DNA of 64,000 nt from an uncultured Bacillales bacterium (lineage in GTDB: Bacteria > Bacillota_I > Bacilli_A > RF39 > UBA660), in the NCBI GenBank assembly GCA_948433085.1, contig CAOJDP010000003.1, forward strand, positions 5,787-69,786, in the 5' to 3' direction. A program made the translations under genes and the position numbers. Shown piece by piece: positions 9,306-18,647 of the stretch; the stretch's first letter is position 1; the number at the start of each line of letters is the position of its first letter. Below the pieces are notes generated by a model. The model worked only from the letters and a program-made list of their open reading frames with translations, was not told the DNA's origin and did no database searches.

Positions 9306-10154
9306 ATGCCAAAATTTTATAATGGATGTTATGATATCGTTTTTAAGACAGTAATTTGTGATGAAACAAATCCTCATATGTTAATCCAGTTTTTAGAGCC
9401 AATTTTAAAGGAGAAAATAGAAAACATAGAATATCTTCAAAATGAATTAAAAATGAACGATGTAAATGAAAGAAGAAAAATTATTGATTTACTAGTAAAA
9501 ACAGAGAATAAATATATACACGTAGAATTAAATCAAAATTACAAAGATTATTTACATATCAGAAATTTTTGCTTTTTTACGAATATCTATTCTAAGAATA
9601 CAAGGAAAGGAAATGCGTATGACTTGGTAAGTGAATACCTTCATATTGATTTATCTTATGGGGTGCATGATGAACAAGAATATAGGGAATATTGTGTAAT
9701 GGATCAAGGTAACCATTTGTATATAAAAAATTTTAAAATTATAGAATACAATATGGACAGGATAACGCAATTTTGGTATACTGCAAATAAAGAAAAGATT
9801 CAAAAATATAAATATTTAATCATGTTAAAAATAGATAGAGATTCTTTAAATGAACTTTCTAAAGGGGATAAATATATGGAAGAGTATAAGAAAAAAGTAG
9901 AGGAGTTAAATGATTCTAATGCTTTTACGAGTTGGATAACACCAGAAGAGGATGCAGAGATGATATTGAATACAGAAAAACATATTTCTTTTGACCAGGG
10001 AAAAGCTGAAGGAAAGGCTGAAGGAATTGAGATCGGGATAAAACAAACGGAAATAGAAACCGCTAAGAAAATGTTAATGGAAGGATTATCAATTGATTTG
10101 ATTATGCGAGTTACCAATTTGACAGAGAAACAAATAGAACAGATGAAGGCATGA
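9306..10154 (+). CDS. Rpn/YhgA-like PD-(D/E)XK nuclease (putative transposase_31 family recombination-promoting nuclease)
   Basis: N-terminal ...YDIVFKTVI...IDLLVKTENKYIHVELNQ (D...ExK core). The C-terminal region has the characteristic GKAEGKAEGIEIGIKQ...AKKMLMEGLSIDLIMRVTNLTEKQIEQM helical module. RBS GAGGAGG upstream. Confidence 0.75.
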   Translation: MPKFYNGCYDIVFKTVICDETNPHMLIQFLEPILKEKIENIEYLQNELKMNDVNERRKIIDLLVKTENKYIHVELNQNYKDYLHIRNFCFFTNIYSKNTRKGNAYDLVSEYLHIDLSYGVHDEQEYREYCVMDQGNHLYIKNFKIIEYNMDRITQFWYTANKEKIQKYKYLIMLKIDRDSLNELSKGDKYMEEYKKKVEELNDSNAFTSWITPEEDAEMILNTEKHISFDQGKAEGKAEGIEIGIKQTEIETAKKMLMEGLSIDLIMRVTNLTEKQIEQMKA

Positions 10155-10357
10155 AAGTGTCTTTTTTTGCTTAATAAATATATCAGCTATGCAATATAGC
10201 TAAGGAATCACCTCTCCTGCAAACATTATAATAAGGGGTGAGTATGATTATTGAATATGTTTCCTAAAAATGCACTATGAATTTTATCTATATTTGTGTT
10301 TCAAAAATAGTAATAATTAGTAATATGTAAATAGGATGTCGCTTCTCAGAGCTTTCC

Positions 10358-10386
10358 TTGACAAATAATACAATTTATTATACAAT
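10358..10386 (+). promoter_or_regulatory. Sigma-A-like promoter of the glycopolymer locus
   Basis: TTGACA (10358-10363), 17 nt spacer, TACAAT (10381-10386), about 110 nt upstream of the first locus gene. Confidence 0.4.
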
Positions 10387-10497
10387 TTTAGGTAGAAAAG
10401 CCAAGCAAAAAATGGATTTATAAATAGTATATTAATAGAAGAATAAAAAACATTGGTAAATTACCTATTTAATTGTTTCGGTATAAGGAGAATGATT

Positions 10498-11112
10498 ATG
10501 TACAAAATAGTAAAGCGTATTATGGACATCATGGTTGCACTTATTTTTTCAATTATTTTGTTACCTATATTTATTATAATATTTGTTGCAATCAAAATAG
10601 AAGATGGTGGTCCTATTTTTTATCATCAAATTCGTACAGGAAAAAATGGAAAGAATTTTAAACTATATAAATTTCGCTCAATGAATGTGCTCCCATTGGA
10701 ATTAGAAATGACAGTACCACATAATCAAAGAATTACCAAAGTTGGTAAGTTTTTAAGAAAAACTTCAATTGATGAATTACCACAAGTTATTAACATTTTA
10801 AAAGGTGAGATGTCTTTGATTGGACCTAGACCTTGGAAAACAGAATATTATGAATTATTCACAGAGGAACAAAAACAACGCTGTGATGTCTTACCAGGAA
10901 TTACTGGATTAGCACAGTCGAAAGGTCGTAATGGGATATCTATTTTTGATAAAATTAAATATGATATAGAATATGCAAAGAATGTCAGTTTTAAAATGGA
11001 TTTACAAATTATATTGGATTCTATCGTAATTATTTTTAAAAGAGAACATGCTGAAATTATGCAAGAAGATATTAAAACAGAATTAGAACAGTTAAGTAAT
11101 CAAACATGTTAG
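10498..11112 (+). CDS. Initiating phosphoglycosyltransferase (bacterial sugar transferase, WbaP/CpsE C-terminal-domain type)
   Basis: Bac_transf signature: an N-terminal TM helix, FYHQIRTGKNGKNFKLYKFRSM, and DELPQVINILKGEMSLIGPRPW. AAGGAG RBS lies 7 nt before ATG 10498. Confidence 0.9.
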   Translation: MYKIVKRIMDIMVALIFSIILLPIFIIIFVAIKIEDGGPIFYHQIRTGKNGKNFKLYKFRSMNVLPLELEMTVPHNQRITKVGKFLRKTSIDELPQVINILKGEMSLIGPRPWKTEYYELFTEEQKQRCDVLPGITGLAQSKGRNGISIFDKIKYDIEYAKNVSFKMDLQIILDSIVIIFKREHAEIMQEDIKTELEQLSNQTC

Positions 11113-11125
11113 GAGAAATATATAT

Positions 11126-12307
11126 ATGAAACAAAAAGTATTGTTCTTAATTCATACACTAGGAGTAGGTGGAGCAGAGAAGGTGCTTGTTAATTTGGCA
11201 AATCATATGAGTGATACATATGATGTGACTGTAATGACTGTAATTGATACAGGCATTTTTAGAATGGAATTGAATCATCGGGTAACATATAAGACAATGT
11301 TTAAAATTCCTTTTTTAAAGAATCATAAAAAAGAAGAATCGGGAAGTTTGCTTGATAAAACAAGTAGAAAAAAGAAAATACTTGCCAAATGCTACTCTAC
11401 AATTTGGAAATATATGCCTACAAAAATATTATATTGGTTAAAAATTAAAGAAAAATATGATATAGAAGTTGCCTTTTTAGAGGGGATTTGTGCAAAAGTA
11501 ATTGCAGCTTCTAATCAACATTCAAAAAAATTTGCTTGGATGCATGTAGACATTATCAATGAAAATAAATCTGATGCGGTTTTTCGTAACCAAAAGGTTG
11601 CCAAATCTTGTTATGAAAAATTTGATAAAATAGTAGCTGTTTCAGAAGGTGTTCAAAAACAATTTATAAAAAAGTTTAATTACAATCCCAAAAAAGTTGT
11701 CGTAAAACATAATGCAATTAATACATCAGAAATTTTAAAAAAAGCAAATGAAAAACTTTCAATTAAAATTCCAAAAGAATTTAAATTGATAACAATTGGC
11801 AGATTGTCAAAACAAAAAGGATATGATCGTTTACTATCTGTTGTAAAAAAATTAAAAGATGATCATATTTTATTTCATTTATGGATACTTGGCGTAGGTC
11901 CAAAAGAACAAGAATTGAAACAATTTGTTATAGAAAATCAACTTCAGGATTGTGTGGAATTTTTAGGTTTTCAATCAAATCCATTTCCTTATTTGAAAAT
12001 AGCAGACCTATTTGTATGTTCTTCTCGCGCTGAAGGATTTAGTACAGTAGCCTGTGAAGCAACTGTGCTTGGAGTTCCCATTGTAACAACTGATTGTTCA
12101 GGAATGAAAGAATTATTAGGGGATAATGAATATGGATTGATTACAGATAATAATGAAAAGGCATTCTATATTGGATTAAAAGAAATTTTAACAAATTCTA
12201 AAAAATATAATCATTATAAACAAAAAATTCAAGAAATTAAAAATATGTTTGATATTGATGTATCTGTGAAACAAATTGAGGAAATGTTTGGTGATACAAA
12301 TGCATAA
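11126..12307 (+). CDS. GT4-family glycosyltransferase
   Basis: N-terminal GVGGAEKVLVNLAN and C-terminal EGFSTVACEATVLGVPIVTTD (E-X7-E region) are typical of GT-B/GT4 enzymes. Confidence 0.85.
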   Translation: MKQKVLFLIHTLGVGGAEKVLVNLANHMSDTYDVTVMTVIDTGIFRMELNHRVTYKTMFKIPFLKNHKKEESGSLLDKTSRKKKILAKCYSTIWKYMPTKILYWLKIKEKYDIEVAFLEGICAKVIAASNQHSKKFAWMHVDIINENKSDAVFRNQKVAKSCYEKFDKIVAVSEGVQKQFIKKFNYNPKKVVVKHNAINTSEILKKANEKLSIKIPKEFKLITIGRLSKQKGYDRLLSVVKKLKDDHILFHLWILGVGPKEQELKQFVIENQLQDCVEFLGFQSNPFPYLKIADLFVCSSRAEGFSTVACEATVLGVPIVTTDCSGMKELLGDNEYGLITDNNEKAFYIGLKEILTNSKKYNHYKQKIQEIKNMFDIDVSVKQIEEMFGDTNA

Positions 12308-13490
12308 TCTAAGAAAAGTTTTATTTATTGTTTACTTTTATTTATTTTTCTTTGTGATGTTCAATCGTGAATTTACTCCTTTTGGAATGGACTTTAGAAT
12401 AATCGTTGGATTCTTGGGTGTGATTTTACTTTTGCTAGGAATAAAAGATATCATTTTGAGAAAAAAAATACTAAAAGTAAAAACAATTGATTATTGTATT
12501 ATCGTCTTTTTTTGTTTATCTTTTTTAAGTAATATTGTATGGTTGTTTAATGGCCTTGAAATGCAAAAGCATCAATTTACTATTATTTTTATCTCATATG
12601 GTTTTAATTTTTTATCCTATTTAGTCTTCCGATTGTACCAAAAATATATTAGTGTGAGTCACTTAAAATATGCAGTCTTGTTTTCGATATTTGCTTTATT
12701 TTATAGTATACTAATTGCCTATATGGAAATTGATATACAGAAATATATAATGAGTGGCTGTCAGGGTTTTGTGAAAGATTTGTCTCCTAATTTTTTAGGT
12801 GGAATATACCGTTACAGTGGTTATGCGGAAGATCCAAATTATGCAAGTTTATTTTTTGTGTTAGCTTCTGCGACTTATATTTACTGTCAAAAATTGCAAA
12901 ATAAAAAAATAAATTATGCATATCTATTATTGTTTTTCCTTGGTATCTTATTATCTGCCTCTAAAACAATAATGGTTGCAATTATGCCAGCAATATGTTT
13001 TATATTACTTAAGAATTGTAAATTTACAGGTTTTCTTAAAAAAATATGGATTCCAGTAATTATTTTTATTCCCATTTTATTTATTCTAAGTGATTTTAAA
13101 TTATTTCATTCTATGATTACAATGAATCAACGGTTTCATATGTGGGAGTATGCATTGGATTTATTTAAACAAAGTCCAATAATTGGAAATGGGTTTACTG
13201 CTTTTCGTTCCTATGCTGTAACAGTAAATTGGTGGTATGTACAATGTCATAGCACAATTTTCCAAATGTTATCAGAAACAGGTGCGATCTCTTTATTGTT
13301 ATTCGCTATTATTTTAACAAAAAATTTGCTAATCAATAATAAATATTTAACTTTTGTGACTGTTTTATTTTCTATTTATATGATTACTACTGAAACTGCA
13401 TATCATGTATATTTTATTTTTATTTTGGCCATTTTACCAATTGTAGTAAAGGAGTGTGAATTATGGAAAAAGCAATCATCTTCCTCGTAA
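12300..13490 (+). CDS. Wzy-type polysaccharide polymerase / O-antigen-ligase-family membrane protein
   Basis: About 10 predicted TM helices with a large loop. It is embedded among glycosyltransferase genes. The start was chosen at in-frame ATG 12300 (GGTGA RBS) rather than the track start at 12276. Confidence 0.65.
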   Translation: MHNLRKVLFIVYFYLFFFVMFNREFTPFGMDFRIIVGFLGVILLLLGIKDIILRKKILKVKTIDYCIIVFFCLSFLSNIVWLFNGLEMQKHQFTIIFISYGFNFLSYLVFRLYQKYISVSHLKYAVLFSIFALFYSILIAYMEIDIQKYIMSGCQGFVKDLSPNFLGGIYRYSGYAEDPNYASLFFVLASATYIYCQKLQNKKINYAYLLLFFLGILLSASKTIMVAIMPAICFILLKNCKFTGFLKKIWIPVIIFIPILFILSDFKLFHSMITMNQRFHMWEYALDLFKQSPIIGNGFTAFRSYAVTVNWWYVQCHSTIFQMLSETGAISLLLFAIILTKNLLINNKYLTFVTVLFSIYMITTETAYHVYFIFILAILPIVVKECELWKKQSSSS

Positions 13491-14560
13491 ATTCTTTATC
13501 AAATGGTGGTGCAGAACGAGTCGTAAGCAATATGGCAAATGAAATGGCTAAAAACGGCTTAAAAGTTTTTATTTTAACTGTATATAATGATGTAACTTAT
13601 GATTTTCATGATAATATAGAGATTATAAGTTTATCGAAAAGGAAATTAAATAAATATAAGAAAATAGGTTATCTTCCTTTTTTGGTACATCGTTTGAATC
13701 AATATTTAAATCATATTTTTAAAAATTATGAGGTAAAACTTATTACATCCCATTTATTGTATTCTAATTTGTTAAGTCGACTATCGAAATATCGTCAAAA
13801 AACGATTCAAGTCGTACATATTCCATATCAGCCATATGATAAGCATAATCATTGGTTATTTCAAAAAGGAATTCAGTTTTTGTATAATCATACACCCATT
13901 GTGACTGTTTCAAATGGATGTATGCATGAATTATTAGATATTTACCATGTGAAAACTAAAAAAATTACGACGATTTATAATCCAATCAATTTATTTGAAA
14001 TTCAAAAAAAATCACAAGAAAAATTACAAATAAAAAAGCCATATATTTTGTTTGTTGGAAGATTGTCAGAACAAAAAAGACCTGAGCTAATGTTAGATAT
14101 TTTTTATCAGGGAAAGTTTTATGAAAATTATCATTTGTATTATTTAGGCACTGGACCTTTAGAGAAATCTTTACAAGAAAAAGTAAAAAATTTCCATTTA
14201 GAAGAATCTGTTACTTTAAAGGGATGGTGTTCGAATGTATATCCTTATATGAAATCTGCTTCTATATTAGTGAATACCTCATCTTATGAAGCATTTCCTA
14301 TGATTTTAATCGAAGCACTTGCTTGTAATTGTAAGATTGTTAGTTTTGATATTCCATATGGGCCAAATGAGATATTAAAAGATGATTTATCTTGTTATTT
14401 GGCAAGAAATCAAAATATAGAAGATATGATTCAAAAAATAAGGGATGCTTTGGTAGATTATCCCAATGTTTTAGAAAATAGAGTAAGGGATTTAGATGTT
14501 GCTCTTATAAATGAAAAATATATGCAAACTTATTTAGATTGGAATAATAAACATGGATAG
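13463..14560 (+). CDS. GT4-family glycosyltransferase
   Basis: SNGGAERVV N-terminus and a C-terminal EAFPMILIEALACNCKIVSFD motif. RBS AAGGAGTG upstream. Confidence 0.85.
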   Translation: MEKAIIFLVNSLSNGGAERVVSNMANEMAKNGLKVFILTVYNDVTYDFHDNIEIISLSKRKLNKYKKIGYLPFLVHRLNQYLNHIFKNYEVKLITSHLLYSNLLSRLSKYRQKTIQVVHIPYQPYDKHNHWLFQKGIQFLYNHTPIVTVSNGCMHELLDIYHVKTKKITTIYNPINLFEIQKKSQEKLQIKKPYILFVGRLSEQKRPELMLDIFYQGKFYENYHLYYLGTGPLEKSLQEKVKNFHLEESVTLKGWCSNVYPYMKSASILVNTSSYEAFPMILIEALACNCKIVSFDIPYGPNEILKDDLSCYLARNQNIEDMIQKIRDALVDYPNVLENRVRDLDVALINEKYMQTYLDWNNKHG

Positions 14561-15572
14561 AGTTAGTATTATTGTTCCTGTTTATAATAACGAGAATTAT
14601 ATTTTAAAGTGTATGAATAGTTTATTGAATCAAACTTATTCTAATATTGAAATTATTGTAGTAGATGATGGTTCTACTGATTCAACTTATGAAGTATTAA
14701 AGCAATATCAAAATGAGATAATTATTCTTCATCAAGATAATCATGGAGTATCTTATAGTCGAAATCGTGGAATGGAAGTAGCAACAGGTACTTATATTAT
14801 GTTTGTAGATAGTGATGATTGGATTGCACCTGATATGGTAGAAACTTTAATGAAAATGACAGAGAATGGCTCTATCGATATTGTTAGATGTGGTTATATT
14901 CGAGAATATCCTAAACATAAAGATACTTTTCAAATTTGTACAGAAAATTTAAAAATAATAGACAATAAGAATATTATTTATGAAATGTTTATCAAAGACT
15001 ATCGTTTGGCTTCTCCTTGTTGCCAAGTGATACATAAAAAATGTATCGAAACAAAATTTGATGAAACCATTCAAGTAGGAGAGGATTATTTATTTAATTT
15101 AGCACTTTATACACATGCCTCCTCTTTTGTTTTTTTAAAGGATGCCTATTATCATTATTTGTATAATTTTGAAAGTGCAACAACTAGTGTTGGTAGGAAA
15201 AAAATAGAAAAAAGATGTGAAGATGCACTCTTAGTATATTCTAAATTATATGATTATTTAAAAATTTGGAAGATAGAAAATAAGAAGAATATACAGAAGG
15301 TATCTTATCGTATTGTGAAAGAATTAAATATGAAATTACTTGCTTGTTTTCAAAACCATCACATGCCAAAAAAGGAACAAAAAAAATTAATGGATATTTA
15401 TTTTCATCATGTGTTATTAAAAGAAGCAAGAAAAAAATTATCAGTTGCTATGATTTTAAAGTATTTTCATATTTATACCTTATTTCTTCTTTGTTTAAAG
15501 ATGAATTTAAAGAATTTGTATTATATTTTAGGACGAACAATTTATTATACCTTATATTCCATTAAAAAGTAG
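14553..15572 (+). CDS. GT2-family glycosyltransferase
   Basis: SIIVPVYN...VDDGSTDST...FVDSDD (DXD) GT-A signatures. Translationally coupled to the upstream gene. Confidence 0.85.
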   Translation: MDRVSIIVPVYNNENYILKCMNSLLNQTYSNIEIIVVDDGSTDSTYEVLKQYQNEIIILHQDNHGVSYSRNRGMEVATGTYIMFVDSDDWIAPDMVETLMKMTENGSIDIVRCGYIREYPKHKDTFQICTENLKIIDNKNIIYEMFIKDYRLASPCCQVIHKKCIETKFDETIQVGEDYLFNLALYTHASSFVFLKDAYYHYLYNFESATTSVGRKKIEKRCEDALLVYSKLYDYLKIWKIENKKNIQKVSYRIVKELNMKLLACFQNHHMPKKEQKKLMDIYFHHVLLKEARKKLSVAMILKYFHIYTLFLLCLKMNLKNLYYILGRTIYYTLYSIKK

Positions 15573-15579
15573 GTGATTT

Positions 15580-16515
15580 ATGAAGGCATTGGTTTCTGTG
15601 ATTGTTCCTATTTATCGTGTAGAGTTATATATAGAAGAATGCATTGATTCTATATTAAATCAAACTTATTCCAATTTAGAAATTATTTTAGTTGATGATG
15701 GAAGTGATGATCGATGCCCTAGTATATGTGATGCATATCAAAAGAAAGATTCACGTATTCATGTAATTCATAAGGAAAATGGGGGATTATCTGATGCAAG
15801 AAATGTAGGCATTGATGTTGCCAAAGGGGACTATATTTGTTTTATTGATTCTGATGATGCGGTGCATCCTTGTTTTATACAAACTTTGTATGATGATTTA
15901 ATATCTACAAATTCTGATATAGCAATTTGTCATTATGAAAAGGTAGATAGGATTCCTGATATGATAGAATTTCAAGGAAAATTAAATCGAAATGTTTATA
16001 CGCAAACAGAACTTTTAAATTCTTTATATGGACCCGAAACATTATCTATTATTGTGGCTTGGAATAAGTTATATCGTAGACATATTTGGGAGCAATTGCG
16101 TTATCCTGTAGGGAAAGTGCATGAGGATGAATTTGTGATTCACTATATTTTAGATCAGGTAAATCAGGTCGTAATTAATGCAGGAACATACTATTATTAT
16201 CGGCAAAGGGAAGGTAGTATTACGAGTTGTTATAATGAAAAACGGTTACATGCATTAGAAGCATTAGAGAATCGAATTCAATTTTATCAAACTATCGCAA
16301 ACGAAACACTTGTCCATCAAACAATGTATCAATACTTTTTTATGATTATAAGACATATGAAACAAATGCGTAAGCAAAAGCAATTTACGGATTTAAAAAA
16401 GGAGTTACGAAAAAAACTTGGGTATTTATGGAAAAGTTTAATCATTTGTAAAGATATTCCATTTTTGAAAAAGATAAAATTAAGTCTTTATGGAATGAAA
16501 AGTAAAATGCTGTAG
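15580..16515 (+). CDS. GT2-family glycosyltransferase
   Basis: VSVIVPIYR...VDDGSDD...FIDSDD GT-A signatures. AGGTGA RBS. Confidence 0.85.
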   Translation: MKALVSVIVPIYRVELYIEECIDSILNQTYSNLEIILVDDGSDDRCPSICDAYQKKDSRIHVIHKENGGLSDARNVGIDVAKGDYICFIDSDDAVHPCFIQTLYDDLISTNSDIAICHYEKVDRIPDMIEFQGKLNRNVYTQTELLNSLYGPETLSIIVAWNKLYRRHIWEQLRYPVGKVHEDEFVIHYILDQVNQVVINAGTYYYYRQREGSITSCYNEKRLHALEALENRIQFYQTIANETLVHQTMYQYFFMIIRHMKQMRKQKQFTDLKKELRKKLGYLWKSLIICKDIPFLKKIKLSLYGMKSKML

Positions 16516-16526
16516 GAGGAATTTGT

Positions 16527-17552
16527 ATGTTATGTAAAGATTTGTTAAAAAAGTTTCTGTATGTATCTGCTTATAAAAGATATATAAGAACTTGTAAAAA
16601 AAGTGGTCAAAAAAAATATATTTTGTTTGGAACTCCAAAACATGGTAATATTGGAGATCATGCAATTACTTTAGCAGTGTATCAATTTTTTAAAGATATG
16701 GGAAAACAGATATTTGAGGTTTCTAGTTTTGATCGTAAATATATTTTACCTTATATGCAAAAACATATTAATAAAGAGGATATACTTATGATTAATGGTG
16801 GAGGATTTATGGGATCGCTTTGGATAGAGGAAGAAAAGATGATTCGTGATGTATTTTCCCATTTTTTATATCATAAAATCGTTATTTTACCACAAACTAT
16901 ATATTATAAAGAAGATTGTTTAGGGATGAAGGAAATGAATACCTCTTTTAAACTTTATAATGCACATCAAGATTTAGTTGTATGTACTAGAGAAGCTATT
17001 TCTTATCGATTTGCTTGTGAACATTTTAAAATGGCAAAAGTAATTTTTGTTCCTGATATGGTATTATACTACGATAATTTTTGGAGTGATGAAAATAGAA
17101 AGAATGTTCTTTTTTGTCTTAGAAGTGATTCTGAAAAAAGTGTACAAGAGGCAACCATACAAAATATCAAAAAAATTTTTAATCAAATCAATCAACAAAT
17201 TGTGTATACAGATACAGTTATTCATAAGGGAATTTCTAAAAAAGAACGCAATTCTGTTTTTATCAATAAGTTGCTTGAATTTTCAAAATATGAGATAATA
17301 GTAACTGATCGATTGCATGGGATGATTTTTGCAGCGTTAACGGAAACCCCATGTATTGTTTTAAGTAATTATAATTATAAAGTAAAAGGTGTTTATGAAT
17401 GGATTAAGGAGCTAGAATACGTTCGCTTTATAGAAGATGAAAGTCAATTAGAAAAAAATATTTTAGAATTATTATCACAAAAATTCCCACATCAAAAAAG
17501 AGTGTGTGATAAAACAAAGTTTGCAGAATTAATTACTTTATTTGAGGAGTGA
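16527..17552 (+). CDS. Polysaccharide pyruvyl transferase (CsaB/WcaK family)
   Basis: N-terminal GTPKHGNIGDHAITLA and a C-terminal DRLHGMIFAAL...PCIVL motif are typical of PS_pyruv_trans. AGGAGG RBS. Confidence 0.75.
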   Translation: MLCKDLLKKFLYVSAYKRYIRTCKKSGQKKYILFGTPKHGNIGDHAITLAVYQFFKDMGKQIFEVSSFDRKYILPYMQKHINKEDILMINGGGFMGSLWIEEEKMIRDVFSHFLYHKIVILPQTIYYKEDCLGMKEMNTSFKLYNAHQDLVVCTREAISYRFACEHFKMAKVIFVPDMVLYYDNFWSDENRKNVLFCLRSDSEKSVQEATIQNIKKIFNQINQQIVYTDTVIHKGISKKERNSVFINKLLEFSKYEIIVTDRLHGMIFAALTETPCIVLSNYNYKVKGVYEWIKELEYVRFIEDESQLEKNILELLSQKFPHQKRVCDKTKFAELITLFEE

Positions 17553-17556
17553 AAAG

Positions 17557-18645
17557 ATGGATAAAATAAAAAAATATATAGAGTGTTATATTCCAACAGA
17601 AACCTGTAATTTTAGGTGTCATTATTGTTATATTGCACAGCAGGGAAAGTTTAAAAATAAATTAGCAAAATTCATTAAAACACCTCAAGAAATCAGAGCT
17701 GCTTTTACAAAAAAAAGGCTAGGTGGAACTTGCCTCTTTAATTTGTGTGCAGGTGGAGAAACATTATTAGTAAAAGAGATTGTGGAAATTACGCGTCAAT
17801 TATTAGAAGAAGGACATTATGTTATGATTGTAACCAATGGGTCACTTAGTAATCGTTTTAAAGAGTTTGCTCAATTTCCAAAAGCATTATTACATCGCTT
17901 GATTTTTAAATTTTCTTTTCATTATATAGAGCTCAAGAAAATGAAATTGCTTGATCAATATTTTGATAATGTAAATTTAATGAAAAAATCAGAGGCTTCT
18001 ATTGTAGTAGAAATTACCCCAAATGATGAAACAGAAGAATATATTTCTGAAATCAAGGAAATTTGTATGGAAAAGCTAGGTGCTTTGCCACAAGTTACAA
18101 TTGCTAGAAATGATAATGATCGAAGAATTAGTCATTTGTCTAAACATAGTTTTGAAGATTTTGTCAAAATATGGAGTGCGTTCGATTCCCCCATGTTGGA
18201 TTTTAAATCAACAATATTTTATAAAAAAAGAAAAGAGTATTGTTATGCAGGGGATTGGAGTATTTATGTCAATTTAGTAACAGGGGAATATTCTCAGTGC
18301 TATTGTGGAATTCGTCTTGGTAATGTCTATGAAAATATTAATCAGCCACTCAAATTGATAGCAATGGGGAAGAAGTGTTCTTTACCACACTGCTATAATG
18401 GTCATGCTTTTATTACACTTGGAGATATTCCAGAATTAGATGCGATTACATATGCAGAGCTTAGAAATCGTATCAGTGGAGATGGGACTGAATGGTTGAG
18501 TAAAGAAATGAAAGAATTTATTGGTACGAAATTGTCAGAATCGAATTCTAAATATAGTAGTATTCAGAAAATTAGCAATGAAGTAAAAAGGTATGGAACA
18601 GCATTCAATAATCGAATCAAAAAAAGGAAAACAAAAGATAATTGA
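17557..18645 (+). CDS. Radical SAM enzyme with a C-terminal Cys-rich (SPASM/twitch-like) extension
   Basis: CNFRCHYC CxxxCxxC motif, a GGE-like CAGGETLL motif, and C-terminal cysteines (CYAGDW...QCYCG...CSLPHC). RBS GAGGAGTGA precedes ATG 17557. Confidence 0.8.
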   Translation: MDKIKKYIECYIPTETCNFRCHYCYIAQQGKFKNKLAKFIKTPQEIRAAFTKKRLGGTCLFNLCAGGETLLVKEIVEITRQLLEEGHYVMIVTNGSLSNRFKEFAQFPKALLHRLIFKFSFHYIELKKMKLLDQYFDNVNLMKKSEASIVVEITPNDETEEYISEIKEICMEKLGALPQVTIARNDNDRRISHLSKHSFEDFVKIWSAFDSPMLDFKSTIFYKKRKEYCYAGDWSIYVNLVTGEYSQCYCGIRLGNVYENINQPLKLIAMGKKCSLPHCYNGHAFITLGDIPELDAITYAELRNRISGDGTEWLSKEMKEFIGTKLSESNSKYSSIQKISNEVKRYGTAFNNRIKKRKTKDN

Positions 18646-18647
18646 TT

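Noticed and set aside
9800-10117. 105-aa minus-strand ORF inside the Rpn gene
   Set aside because: Antisense shadow ORF. The + frame carries the conserved Rpn C-terminal module.
10473-10661. 62-aa + ORF overlapping the start of the phosphoglycosyltransferase gene in another frame
   Set aside because: It is out of frame with the Bac_transf-motif-bearing ORF and has no independent RBS.
15241-18277. Short alternative-frame or antisense ORFs inside the GT2, pyruvyl-transferase and radical-SAM genes (15241-15429, 15344-15565, 16480-16665, 17047-17298, 18080-18277)
   Set aside because: Each is embedded in a longer ORF with a clear family signature. None has an RBS or motif.
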